Shown here in pieces: positions 20,728 to 29,711 of a DNA stretch of 43,032 nt. Under the pieces are notes generated by a model. It searched no databases. It was not told the origin of the DNA and saw only the letters and a program-made list of their open reading frames with translations. Origin of the DNA: Alphaproteobacteria bacterium. Its GTDB lineage: Bacteria; Pseudomonadota; Alphaproteobacteria; Puniceispirillales; Puniceispirillaceae. Position 1 is the stretch's first letter. Each line of letters starts with the position of its first letter. The position numbers were made by a program, and so were the translations under genes. The stretch spans positions 1-43,032 of the forward strand of contig JAURQT010000123.1 of assembly GCA_030835985.1 (NCBI GenBank). The letters run 5' to 3'.

Positions 20728-21759
20728 TTATCCGCCTGTGACATTCATCATCCGGCCAACATTTACAGCTTTTCTGCGGCTGATGACAAAATCATGTCCT
20801 TTCGGTTTGCGGCCTATCGCTTCGAAGATGGCCGCTTCCAGCGCGGCCTCGCCGCCGCCACGCAATGCAGTTGCCAGATCGGCATTATCCTCCTGACCAA
20901 GACACATATAAAGCTGGCCGGTACAGGTGATGCGTACCCGGTTACAGCTCTCGCAAAAATTATGCGTCATCGGGGTAATAAAGCCTAATTTGCGGCCTGT
21001 CTCTGCAACCTCTACATAACGGGCAGGCCCGGCGCTTATATGCTCGGAATCTGTCAGGGTAAAACGTTTTTCCAGACGCGATCGCACCACCGATACAGGC
21101 AGATATTGACCGACCCGATTTTCATTACCGATATCGCCCATAGGCATCACTTCGATAATGGTCATATCAAAGCCCTTATCGCCGGCAAAGGCAACCATAT
21201 CGCCCAGCTCCTCCTCATTCACCCCTTTTAAAGCAACGGTGTTCAACTTTATCTGCAAGCCGGCTTTTTGTGCTGCTTTTAGCCCGGCCAATACCTTATC
21301 CAGCGATCCCCATCTGGTTATCAGCTGGAATTTATCTGCCTCCAGCGTATCTATTGATACATTAATTCGGCGCACGCCAGCCTCTGCCAAATCCTCCGCC
21401 ATTTTTTCCAGCTGGCTGCCATTGGTGGTGATGGTCAGCTCTTCCAGCTGGCCGGATTTCACCTCTGCGCCCAAATTGCGGATAAGATGCAGGATATTTC
21501 GCCGCACCAGAGGCTCGCCCCCTGTCAGCCGGATTTTTTTTGTCCCCAACCGCATGAACTGGCGGCACACTATTTCCAGCTCTTCCAGCGTCAACAACTC
21601 GGATTTCGGCAAAAATGTCATTTCTTCTGCCATGCAATAAACACATCTGAAATCGCACCTGTCGGTTACCGAAACACGGATATAATCTATATGCCGGCCA
21701 AACGGGTCTATCAGCCTGGATGGGCTATTTGGCATCTGTTTGTTATCAAGGTTGTTCAC
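20728..21759 (-). CDS. moaA: GTP 3',8-cyclase (radical SAM)
   Basis: [26 protein letters not shown]-terminal GG; start may be 21735. Confidence 0.97.
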   Translation of the reverse strand: MNNLDNKQMPNSPSRLIDPFGRHIDYIRVSVTDRCDFRCVYCMAEEMTFLPKSELLTLEELEIVCRQFMRLGTKKIRLTGGEPLVRRNILHLIRNLGAEVKSGQLEELTITTNGSQLEKMAEDLAEAGVRRINVSIDTLEADKFQLITRWGSLDKVLAGLKAAQKAGLQIKLNTVALKGVNEEELGDMVAFAGDKGFDMTIIEVMPMGDIGNENRVGQYLPVSVVRSRLEKRFTLTDSEHISAGPARYVEVAETGRKLGFITPMTHNFCESCNRVRITCTGQLYMCLGQEDNADLATALRGGGEAALEAAIFEAIGRKPKGHDFVISRRKAVNVGRMMNVTGG

Positions 21760-21878
21760 AAGTTAGATTATCCGAAACAAGAGCAAAAATGGCGGTCTGG
21801 CCAGCTTGAAGGATACACAAAAACAGGCATCTTTAGCAAGCAACTCTCAGGCGATAAGCATAATCTGGCAGGTTGAAA

Positions 21879-23351
21879 TTACCCGGCCTGTTTCTGGCCA
21901 ATATGCCGGCCTGCCCCCTCTGGCACGCCCAGCCCCCTATGCGCTTCATATAGGCCAAGCACTCTATCGCGCAAGGGCTGGCGCATCGCTACGGCTCGCC
22001 CTGCCTTCATATCGACATGCAGCCACATTTGCTCGCCTGTGGCAACTTCTATCCCGGCATCGGTTTTCAGGCTATGCCATAATCTGATCTTTTTTTCATC
22101 CGCATACAGGATTTGCGTGGAGACGGTAATATATTCGCCCGGCTTTGCTTCGGCCAAATGGCGGATATGGGTTTCAACTGTATAGATGCTATAGCCAGCC
22201 CCAACATACGCAGCCGACAGACCAAGATAGGACAGCAAACAATCCGCAGAATCGCTCATCACCTGCAAATAGCGAAATTCGGTCATATGGCCGTTATAAT
22301 CAATCCATGCAGGCAGCACTTCTGTGCGATGCCGCACAAAAGGGGTTTCAGGTTGCCAGCTTTCCTTTTCTGTCTGCTCTGGCAGAGGGGCTGTTTTCAG
22401 CCAGTCTGAATAGACTTTTCCTGCCCCCCATTTATGGTCTTTCAGCACCTTTAAAAAACCAACCAGATTTTTATCACGAATAGCTTCCAGCTCGCGAATG
22501 GAATAATGTCCCGACTGGGCATCTGACTGCCGGGCAATTTTTTCTATCAGCGCCTCATCCAGCTCCGGCACATCCATCAAACGGGTCCAGGGCCAGGCTA
22601 AAGCCGGGCCAAATTGTGCCATAAAATGCCGCATCCCGGCCTCGCCCCCTGCCACGCGGTAGGTTTCAAACAAGCCCATCTGTGCCCAGCGCAACCCAAA
22701 GCTATAGCTGATGATCTCGTCTATTTCGGCGGTGGTGGCCACATCATCTTTTACCAGCCACAAGGCCTCGCGCCACAGCGCTTCCAGTAATCTGTCGCCG
22801 ACATGGGCATCTATTTCCTGGCGCAAGGTGACAGGCTTCATGCCGATATCCTTTAATATCTGCTCGGCTGTCAGAATAGCGGGGTTGTCTGTACCGCCAA
22901 CCAGCTCAACAGCGGGCAGCAAATAAACAGGGTTATAGGGATGGGCGACAATAATCTGGTCTGGTCGCAATGCGCCATCGCGCAACTGGGCAGGGCGAAA
23001 GCCGGAGGTAGAAGAGGCCAGAACCGCATCTGGCCGGCACGCGGCCTGAATATCGGCAAAGGCAGATTGTTTTATCGCCAGCTGCTCAGGTATAGATTCC
23101 TGTATCCACAGCGCATCACGCACCGCCTCTTCCAGGCGCGTACATATCACCAGCCGGCCTTCTTTCGGCAGCGATTTATCGGCAAGCAACGGCAGGCTGG
23201 CACGGGCATTTTGCATCACTTCGCGGATTTTGCGTTCTGCCTCGGGGTCAGGGTCAAAAAGATTGACCTGCCAGCCATTTAAGGCAAAACGGGCTGCCCA
23301 CCCACCGCCAATAACCCCGCCTCCGATAATGGCTGCCTGTTTATCTGTCAT
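21879..23351 (-). CDS. lcdH: L-carnitine 3-dehydrogenase fused to a C-terminal thioesterase (CdhA-CdhB type)
   Basis: GGGVIGGGWAARF, SSTSG, HPYNPVYL, FGPALAWPWT; hot-dog domain WIDYNGHMTE..YTVETHI. Confidence 0.92.
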   Translation of the reverse strand: MTDKQAAIIGGGVIGGGWAARFALNGWQVNLFDPDPEAERKIREVMQNARASLPLLADKSLPKEGRLVICTRLEEAVRDALWIQESIPEQLAIKQSAFADIQAACRPDAVLASSTSGFRPAQLRDGALRPDQIIVAHPYNPVYLLPAVELVGGTDNPAILTAEQILKDIGMKPVTLRQEIDAHVGDRLLEALWREALWLVKDDVATTAEIDEIISYSFGLRWAQMGLFETYRVAGGEAGMRHFMAQFGPALAWPWTRLMDVPELDEALIEKIARQSDAQSGHYSIRELEAIRDKNLVGFLKVLKDHKWGAGKVYSDWLKTAPLPEQTEKESWQPETPFVRHRTEVLPAWIDYNGHMTEFRYLQVMSDSADCLLSYLGLSAAYVGAGYSIYTVETHIRHLAEAKPGEYITVSTQILYADEKKIRLWHSLKTDAGIEVATGEQMWLHVDMKAGRAVAMRQPLRDRVLGLYEAHRGLGVPEGAGRHIGQKQAG

Positions 23352-23382
23352 CTGATTTTCCTACTCTTTTGGCTTGTCCGGG

Positions 23383-24297
23383 CTAGGCAAGCGGGGCGCG
23401 TTTTTCGAGGCGTAATTCATCGCGCACTTCTAGCGGGCTCATCACCTCCACGCCCATTTTTTGAATGATGCTGGCCGCTTTTTCAACCAATTGGGCATTA
23501 CTGGCCAGCACGCCGCGTTCCAGATATAAATTATCTTCCAGCCCGACCCGTACATTTCCCCCTGCCAGAACAGAGGCCGCCACAAAGGGCATTTGATGCC
23601 GCCCCAGCGAGAAAGCGGAAAACACCCAATTATCGGGGACATTATTGACCATCGCCATAAAGGTATTTAGATCATCCGGGGCGCCCCATGGCACACCCAT
23701 ACATAGCTGTACCAGTACCGGGTTGGATATCAGCCCTTCTGCGACCAGCTGTTTGGCAAACCATAAATGGCCAGTATCAAAGGCCTCGATTTCCACGCGC
23801 ACACCTATTTCCTGCATCATCGTGGCCATGGCACGCAACATACCAGGCGTATTCGTCATCACATAATCGGCCTCGGCAAAATTCATTGTACCGCAATCAA
23901 GGGTACAGATTTCCGGACGGCATTCGCGAATATGGGCGACCCGCTCGGCTGCACCGGCCATATCGGTTGCCCCCGCACGCAAGGGCAGAGGCGCATCGCT
24001 AGAGCCAAACACCATATCCCCGCCCATCCCGGCGGTAAGATTAAGCACCACATCGGTTTTGGATTGCCTTATCCTGTCTGTCACTTCGCGATAGAGTTCT
24101 GGCAAGCGGGAGGGCGCGCCTGTCTGCGGGTCTCTGACATGGCAATGTGCGACCGCTGCCCCTGCTTTGGCGGCTTCTATGGCAGCATCGGCAATTTGTT
24201 GCGGGCTGCGCGGTACCAAATCGCTTTTATCCTGGGTACCGCCCGAACCGGTAATAGCGGCGGTGATAAAGACTTTTTTACGCATCGATAAGGGCAT
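23383..24297 (-). CDS. cdhC: Beta-keto acid cleavage enzyme (3-dehydrocarnitine cleavage, CdhC-like)
   Basis: ITAAITG, HCHVRDP, LDCGTMNF, RVGLEDN; ATG 24297 after GGAGG; adjacent to lcdH. Confidence 0.88.
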   Translation of the reverse strand: MPLSMRKKVFITAAITGSGGTQDKSDLVPRSPQQIADAAIEAAKAGAAVAHCHVRDPQTGAPSRLPELYREVTDRIRQSKTDVVLNLTAGMGGDMVFGSSDAPLPLRAGATDMAGAAERVAHIRECRPEICTLDCGTMNFAEADYVMTNTPGMLRAMATMMQEIGVRVEIEAFDTGHLWFAKQLVAEGLISNPVLVQLCMGVPWGAPDDLNTFMAMVNNVPDNWVFSAFSLGRHQMPFVAASVLAGGNVRVGLEDNLYLERGVLASNAQLVEKAASIIQKMGVEVMSPLEVRDELRLEKRAPLA

Positions 24298-24481
24298 ATC
24301 TGCGCCTCCAAAAAAGGGGGTTATGGCTTGTTCTACCCTGCCTTGCGGTAAATGAAAATAATATCCTTTTTTCGCACTATTTTTTTTCAAATAGCCTGTT
24401 AATGGATTGTCTTTTGCCAAATGGCTGGAAGACGGGTAAATTACAGCTATCTTTTTTAAGGATAAATCAGGAAACAGATAT

Positions 24482-24901
24482 ATGTCTGAACAGCCCCGAA
24501 CACCGCGCCCGAGCCCAAGCGACCTGTTCGCCCAATTGCGCTTTAATACAGAGGGGCTTGTTCCGGCCATTGCCCAGCAATTTGATACAGGCGAAGTGCT
24601 GATGATGGCCTGGATGAACCGTGAAAGCCTGGCAGAAACATTGGCAGGCGGAAGGGTTGTTTACTGGTCACGCTCGCGTCAATGCCTGTGGCGCAAGGGC
24701 GATAGTTCTGGCCATATCCAACTTTTGAAAAGCTGTCATTTTGATTGTGATGGCGATACGCTGTTATTGCTGGTTGACCAGACAGGGGCGGCCTGTCATG
24801 AGGGCACACGCAGCTGTTTTACCCGCCAGATGCACGCACCTGATAAAACCAGCCGCCATGAAACATTACTGCCAGCCAGTATAAAGGCCGGCCAAAAATA
24901 G
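24482..24901 (+). CDS. hisI: Phosphoribosyl-AMP cyclohydrolase
   Basis: [32 protein letters not shown]. Confidence 0.96.
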   Translation: MSEQPRTPRPSPSDLFAQLRFNTEGLVPAIAQQFDTGEVLMMAWMNRESLAETLAGGRVVYWSRSRQCLWRKGDSSGHIQLLKSCHFDCDGDTLLLLVDQTGAACHEGTRSCFTRQMHAPDKTSRHETLLPASIKAGQK

Positions 24902-24902
24902 C

Positions 24903-24945
24903 GCCAGAAATAAGCGGGCCAGAAACAAGCGGACTAGAAATGAGC
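24903..24945. repeat. Three degenerate 15-bp tandem copies (GCCAGAAAYAAGCGG-like)
   Basis: GCCAGAAATAAGCGG, GCCAGAAACAAGCGG, ACTAGAAATGAGC; the last copy contains the next start codon. Confidence 0.7.
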
Positions 24946-25125
24946 AAACCGGAAAAAAAATCCATTATCCGTGTCCAGCGGGAAACTATCTGGCATATGA
25001 GCTGCGGGTCATGCGGCTATTACTGGACTGTCCCGACCATGAACAGCCAGGATAGCCCGGCACGCCGGGAATGGACCTGTCCTTTATGTGCAACCAAAAG
25101 CCCGGCAGAAGAGGCGGAGGATTAA
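24940..25125 (+). CDS. Small zinc-ribbon protein
   Basis: 61 aa with CGSC..W and WTCPLC knuckles, downstream of hisI. Confidence 0.7.
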   Translation: MSKPEKKSIIRVQRETIWHMSCGSCGYYWTVPTMNSQDSPARREWTCPLCATKSPAEEAED

Positions 25126-25165
25126 CACTTTCTCTTCCCCCCCTTCTTGCTTTAAAACTGGTTTG

Positions 25166-26308
25166 CTAGGCGGTTTCCACTTGCGCCAGGGCATTTTCAA
25201 ACAGGCTGACTGTGCGGTCGATATTCATCAGCTTGTCCAGACCAAACAGGCCGATGCGAAAAGACATATATTCTGCCCCCTCGCCCACCTGCAAGGGCAC
25301 GCCGGCGGCGATTTGTACACCCTGCTGCATGAATTTTTTGCCTGATTTCATATCCGGATCATTGGTGAAGCTGACAATCACCGACGGGGCTTGAAAGCCT
25401 TCTGCCGCCACAGACACAAAGCCATGTGATTCCATCAGGGCGCGCATTTGCCTGCCCAGTTCAATTTGTGCCTGACGGGCATTTTCAAAACCAAAGGCAC
25501 GGGTTTCTGCAATCGCATCGCGGAAGGTTACCAGCCCATCTGTTGGCATGGTGGCATGATAGGCATGACCGCCATTTTCATAGGCCTGCATAATCGCGTG
25601 CCATTTGGCCACATCACACACATAAGAAGAACTATTGGTATCGGCCAGCTTTGCCACTGCCCGGCTGCCCAGCATCACCACACCGGCACATGGGGTGGAT
25701 GTCCAGCCTTTTTGCGGGGCGGTCAATAAGACATCAACCCCTAGCTTTGCCATATCCACAAACAATGCGCCCGATGCCACACAATCCAGCACAAACACAG
25801 CGCCAACCTCATGGGCGGCGTCGGCTATCGCCTGGATATAGTCATCTGGCAGCATCATGCCAGCAGAGGTTTCCACGTGCGGGGCACAAACAAGGCCTGG
25901 CTGGAAAGATTTAATCTCTGCCACTACCTCTTCTATGGCAACAGGAGCGAAAGGCTGATAGCTGTTCTGGCCGGAAACAGCGCTTGTCTGGCCGGCGCAC
26001 ATCACCTTTGTTTGCCTGGCAAAACCGCCTTTTTCAAAAATTTCTGACCAGCGATAGCTAAACCAGCCATTGCGAACCACCAGACAATCCTGATCGCCGC
26101 CAAATTGCCGGGCAATCGCTTCCATACCAAAGGTACCGCCGCCGGGTATCAGCACGCACGCCTCTGCCTGATAGGCTTCTTTTAGCCCGGCTGATATATC
26201 GCGCATCACCTGTTGAAAGGATTTGGACATCGAATTAAGCGAACGGTCGGTAAAAACAACCGAATATTCCAGCAACCCGTCCGGATCGACATTCTCAACA
26301 ATTCCCAT
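25166..26308 (-). CDS. Class V PLP aminotransferase (alanine/serine-glyoxylate aminotransferase-like)
   Basis: LLEYSVVFTDRSLN, PHVETS, VLDCVASG, APQKGW (PLP Lys), FRIGLFG; ATG 26308 after GGAGAAGG. Confidence 0.92.
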   Translation of the reverse strand: MGIVENVDPDGLLEYSVVFTDRSLNSMSKSFQQVMRDISAGLKEAYQAEACVLIPGGGTFGMEAIARQFGGDQDCLVVRNGWFSYRWSEIFEKGGFARQTKVMCAGQTSAVSGQNSYQPFAPVAIEEVVAEIKSFQPGLVCAPHVETSAGMMLPDDYIQAIADAAHEVGAVFVLDCVASGALFVDMAKLGVDVLLTAPQKGWTSTPCAGVVMLGSRAVAKLADTNSSSYVCDVAKWHAIMQAYENGGHAYHATMPTDGLVTFRDAIAETRAFGFENARQAQIELGRQMRALMESHGFVSVAAEGFQAPSVIVSFTNDPDMKSGKKFMQQGVQIAAGVPLQVGEGAEYMSFRIGLFGLDKLMNIDRTVSLFENALAQVETA

Positions 26309-26473
26309 CAGACCTTCTCCCTGAAATCTCTGGTAGATGTTAACGAAAAAAATCGGCGCAAACATCGCGCCTTGCACCTTATCTGACCTAGCATGATATT
26401 TATGCTTTTAAAAGCCGAATGCGCGATTTTGCCTCAGGGGGAAATTTAAAAAAAAACTGTTTGCCCGGAAAGG

Positions 26474-26878
26474 CTAGTCATCTGCCTTGCAGCTATAGGT
26501 GCGCTGGCAATTCAAAGAGGGCGATATCGGCACGGTTACTTCTGAATCACCCCGCCCTTGCGCGGAATAGATACATAATTTTTGGCCGGTTTCTGCATCC
26601 TTGCCTACTTTTTTCAGACGGCAAACTTTTGAGATAACCGTTGGCGGTACAGCCTTGCGCCGGCATTTGGTTTTTTCCCGCCCCATAGAGGTTTGCGGCC
26701 AGCGCAACCGCTGGGTATCCCATAAGGTACAATGGGCTTTTTCCTCACTGCCCTCATAAATCCGCCCCTCACTATAGGCCGCTTTATCGCCAAGCAATAA
26801 CAAGGGCAGGGCGATGATAACAGCGCAAATAGTGCCCTGATGCCCAATAAGGAAGTTAAAAAATCCCGTCTTAATCAT
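26474..26878 (-). CDS. Hypothetical secreted Cys-rich basic protein
   Basis: Hydrophobic N-terminal segment ending AAYS, six Cys in the mature part, Lys/Arg-rich. Confidence 0.65.
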   Translation of the reverse strand: MIKTGFFNFLIGHQGTICAVIIALPLLLLGDKAAYSEGRIYEGSEEKAHCTLWDTQRLRWPQTSMGREKTKCRRKAVPPTVISKVCRLKKVGKDAETGQKLCIYSAQGRGDSEVTVPISPSLNCQRTYSCKADD

Positions 26879-27125
26879 CAAAAAAACCGTACCACACTGA
26901 CTTCATTTTATCCTGACTGCCCTTGCGTGGCCAGCACCAAAAAAACCGTTCTTTAATTGCAGTATAACGGCACAATAGCCAGCTTGTATAGCATCGATGA
27001 CCGCCCTAAAAAAAATCTGTCTCTTGCCGTTATATCCTATCACAAGCGCTGGCGGGCCGGCAAAAATGAAACCACCCCGAAGCCGGCAGGCTATAGCGCA
27101 GGCGCAGAGAACAGGAATAATTGGC

Positions 27126-27587
27126 ATGAAAAAACAGTTCAAATCCATATTGCTGCTTTTAGGCGTGTTATTCAGTGCCACCGGATGCCAGTATTTTTAC
27201 GATGGGCGCAATGAGTCTCTGATGGTTGTCCCGGCCGCAGAATGGGCAGAGCTGCATCAGTTTAAAAAAGAACAGCGCGCCCGACAAATCGCGGCTGCCC
27301 GCCCAACGCCGGTTGAAGGGGCAGAAGCCATCAGCTTTACCAATATGTCCGATGCCTATCTGGCCGGATGCCGCTCGCTGGGCGTGGTAGAGGTACACCA
27401 TAACGGGTCGTATGATGATGCGATGGTTCTGATGCGCAATCAGGCAGTAGAGCTGGAAGCCAGTGTCATTGTACCGCTGGATGTGTTTCAGAACACCACA
27501 GAAATTGGCCAGCCTGGCCCTGAAATGACCTATATCAAAGGCCGTATGTTGCGCTGCCCTGACAAAAAAACAGAAGAAGAGGCGTAA
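27126..27587 (+). CDS. Lipoprotein, DUF4156-like
   Basis: MKKQFKSILLLLGVLFSATGC lipoprotein signal; CRSLGVV..MRNQAVELEASVIV..C pattern. Confidence 0.7.
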   Translation: MKKQFKSILLLLGVLFSATGCQYFYDGRNESLMVVPAAEWAELHQFKKEQRARQIAAARPTPVEGAEAISFTNMSDAYLAGCRSLGVVEVHHNGSYDDAMVLMRNQAVELEASVIVPLDVFQNTTEIGQPGPEMTYIKGRMLRCPDKKTEEEA

Positions 27588-27592
27588 GGGTT

Positions 27593-27937
27593 ATGGCGGA
27601 GATTATTAATTTGCAAGCCTATCGCGCCGGCAAGGCCAGCATGACCCCTGCCAGCATTGCTCCGGAGTGCAGGATTTTATGTGCAAGCGATATCGCCGCC
27701 CCAAAAATCGGGGCTGATCATATCGATAGCCTGGCTGATAAAGTTGAAACCATGCTGGATAATGCCAGCCAGAATAACCGATTTGCCCATACAGTAGCGC
27801 TGACCGCTGGTCGTTATGCAGCGATGCAGCTTTTCCAGCTGCATGGCCGGGCACAAACCCTGTCCTTTTTTGAAGATTGCATTCAAACAGTCGAGCTATG
27901 CGATGATTTGCTGAAACAGATGGATGATGATTTCTAG
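27593..27937 (+). CDS. Hypothetical protein
   Basis: 114 aa, starts 5 nt after the lipoprotein stop with SD GAGG; N-terminal MAEIINLQAYR. Confidence 0.7.
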   Translation: MAEIINLQAYRAGKASMTPASIAPECRILCASDIAAPKIGADHIDSLADKVETMLDNASQNNRFAHTVALTAGRYAAMQLFQLHGRAQTLSFFEDCIQTVELCDDLLKQMDDDF

Positions 27938-28269
27938 GCTTTTTGCTTTTCCAGCGGCGCTTTACGCATAACTGTTCCGGATATATCCGCCCCTGAATCA
28001 ACCGCCAGCGCATCGGTAATAATCTCGCCAGCGACAATCGCTGCCTCGCCTACATTCAGGCTTTGTGTTTCCAGAATACCGGTAAATGTTCCGGCCACTG
28101 AAACCGTTTCGGCATGGACAAATCCCTGACACTGCCCGCCGGCCTCGATGATCAGGTCTCTGGCTTCCAATTCCCCTTCAAATGTGCCGGCTATCACCAC
28201 CAGCTGGCCCGGGGCTTTTAACAGGCCGCGCAGTTTAAGGCCGCTATCGATATAGGTGGAATCACTCAT
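27934..28269 (-). CDS. Bactofilin (polymer-forming cytoskeletal protein) 3
   Basis: Beta-helical repeats: IDSGLKLRGLL, VIAGTFEGEL, VAGTFTGIL, VAGEI..L.VDSGADISG. Confidence 0.88.
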   Translation of the reverse strand: MSDSTYIDSGLKLRGLLKAPGQLVVIAGTFEGELEARDLIIEAGGQCQGFVHAETVSVAGTFTGILETQSLNVGEAAIVAGEIITDALAVDSGADISGTVMRKAPLEKQKA

Positions 28270-28679
28270 ACGCCATCTCTATCCAAATCGGCTGTGCCGT
28301 CTTCGGTTCCGGTTCCGGTTCCGGTTCCGGTTCCGGTTTCGGTTCCGGTTTCGGTTCCGGTTTCATTTTCTGTCCAATTATGCAGAATATGACAATTAAG
28401 CGCTGCCCCTCTATCCATTTGCAGAGCCTGATATTCTATCTGGCCGAATAATTTTGCACTGGCCAGCAACCAGACGCTTTTGGCCTTCATGCGCCCGCGA
28501 TATTCGCCGGCAAACACCCCCAGCCCGATATCCAGATTGCCGGCACATTTTGCCCCTTTTTCCAGCTGAAATTTCCCGGCAATAATATCGGCCTGAACAT
28601 CGCCATATATTTCCAGCACTTCGGCCGGGCTGATATGGCCGGAAAAAGATGCCCCGCTACCAAAGACAGATTTCCTCAT
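28266..28679 (-). CDS. Bactofilin 2 with an E/G-T repeat tail
   Basis: FGSGASFSGHI, IYGDVQADI, AGEYRGRM, GQIEYQALQMDRGA. Confidence 0.85.
   Translation of the reverse strand: MRKSVFGSGASFSGHISPAEVLEIYGDVQADIIAGKFQLEKGAKCAGNLDIGLGVFAGEYRGRMKAKSVWLLASAKLFGQIEYQALQMDRGAALNCHILHNWTENETGTETGTETGTGTGTGTGTEDGTADLDRDGV
28302..28364 (-). repeat. In-frame hexamer VNTR (G[A/G]AACC) x10 encoding ETGTETGTETGTGTGTGTGTE
   Basis: Read directly in the 3' part of bactofilin 2. Confidence 0.95.
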
Positions 28680-29074
28680 TTGTCTGTTTCAGCCTCTATA
28701 GCGGCGGCGGCGGTCTTTGCCGGGCTGGCCGGTTTCTGCTGAACAAAGCTGCCTTCCAGCTGGGCACCCTCTTCTACCTCGATAATGTGATAGCGCATCT
28801 CGCCATTTACATAGGATGAGCTTGCCAGTTTCAACCGCATAGCATCTACATCGCCGGTCAGCCGCCCGCCAACAATTACCGTTTCAGCTTTGACATTGCC
28901 CTCTAATTTACCCTCTATGCCAATTTCCAGAACGGTACAGCTGACATCACCGGTAACCTGGCCGTTTAGAATCACCTTGTCAGGCGAATCAATCGAGCCG
29001 GTTAATTTGATATTTTTGCCAATAATCGCATCCTGGCTATCGGAAATGGCTGAGGGCGACGAAGACTTAAACAT
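28676..29074 (-). CDS. Bactofilin 1 (BacA/CcmA-like)
   Basis: MFK N-terminus; IIGKNIKLTGSI, ILNGQVTGDV, IGIEGKLEGNVKAETVIVGG, VEEGAQLEG. Confidence 0.93.
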   Translation of the reverse strand: MFKSSSPSAISDSQDAIIGKNIKLTGSIDSPDKVILNGQVTGDVSCTVLEIGIEGKLEGNVKAETVIVGGRLTGDVDAMRLKLASSSYVNGEMRYHIIEVEEGAQLEGSFVQQKPASPAKTAAAAIEAETDK

Positions 29075-29087
29075 TTAATTTCCCTAA

Positions 29088-29102
29088 TTTACAAAAGGTT
29101 AA
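29088..29102 (-). promoter_or_regulatory. Imperfect CtrA-like box TTAA-ccttttg-TAAA upstream of the bactofilin operon
   Basis: One mismatch to TTAA-N7-TTAA, 14 nt upstream of the start codon; the AT-rich context lowers significance. Confidence 0.25.
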
Positions 29103-29300
29103 TATAAAGATCAGCAAAGACCGATCATCCCTGACTCAACAGAACGTCTGAAAATAGGATAACATTACCATAAGACCGCGCAGAGTGGGTACACAAAGCG
29201 TTGTTACGGGCATTTCTTACGTCCTAAAATAGCTTTTTTAAATGTCGTTTATTTCACGGTGCGCGTTCATCGTTATCGGACCAGCTTTGATAACATAGAA

Positions 29301-29711
29301 ATGGAAAAACAAATGGTTGTTGACGTCATTGATATTCGCAAGCGTATTGAAAAAATTCGTAATGATGTATCCGAGGCGATTGTCTCGCAACATGAATTTG
29401 AAGCGCGCGAGGAAGCCTTGCGCGAGGATATCAGCCTTTCTGTTTCCCCTGCCGGAACGCCGCCGCAGAACGAAGATGCCCCGGAATTACCTTTAAGTGA
29501 TTTAGCCGAAAATCCAGCCCCGGCATCTTCAATGGCAAAACAGGGCAACCAGAATATCACAACCCACCGGGCGATGACGCAGATGATGTCTATGCCCTCT
29601 TTTACTCTGAATGTGAAAAATCGCCATTCAAATCGTTTGCTATTATCCTTAATTGCCGTCCAGCTGGTTACTAATCTGGTACTGATAGCGATTTTGCTGA
29701 ATAAGTTATGA
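29301..29711 (+). CDS. Hypothetical tail-anchored protein (N-terminal helix, disordered linker, C-terminal TM)
   Basis: Charged amphipathic N-terminal helix, Pro/acidic linker, hydrophobic C-terminus LLLSLIAVQLVTNLVLIAILL; stop overlaps the M23 start (ATGA). Confidence 0.75.
   Translation: MEKQMVVDVIDIRKRIEKIRNDVSEAIVSQHEFEAREEALREDISLSVSPAGTPPQNEDAPELPLSDLAENPAPASSMAKQGNQNITTHRAMTQMMSMPSFTLNVKNRHSNRLLLSLIAVQLVTNLVLIAILLNKL

Noticed and set aside
14306-26377. Long N-terminal extensions in the ORF track for glycerate kinase, ferredoxin reductase, cdhC and the aminotransferase
   Set aside because: They overlap neighbours or promoters, lack SDs, and family similarity starts at internal ATGs.
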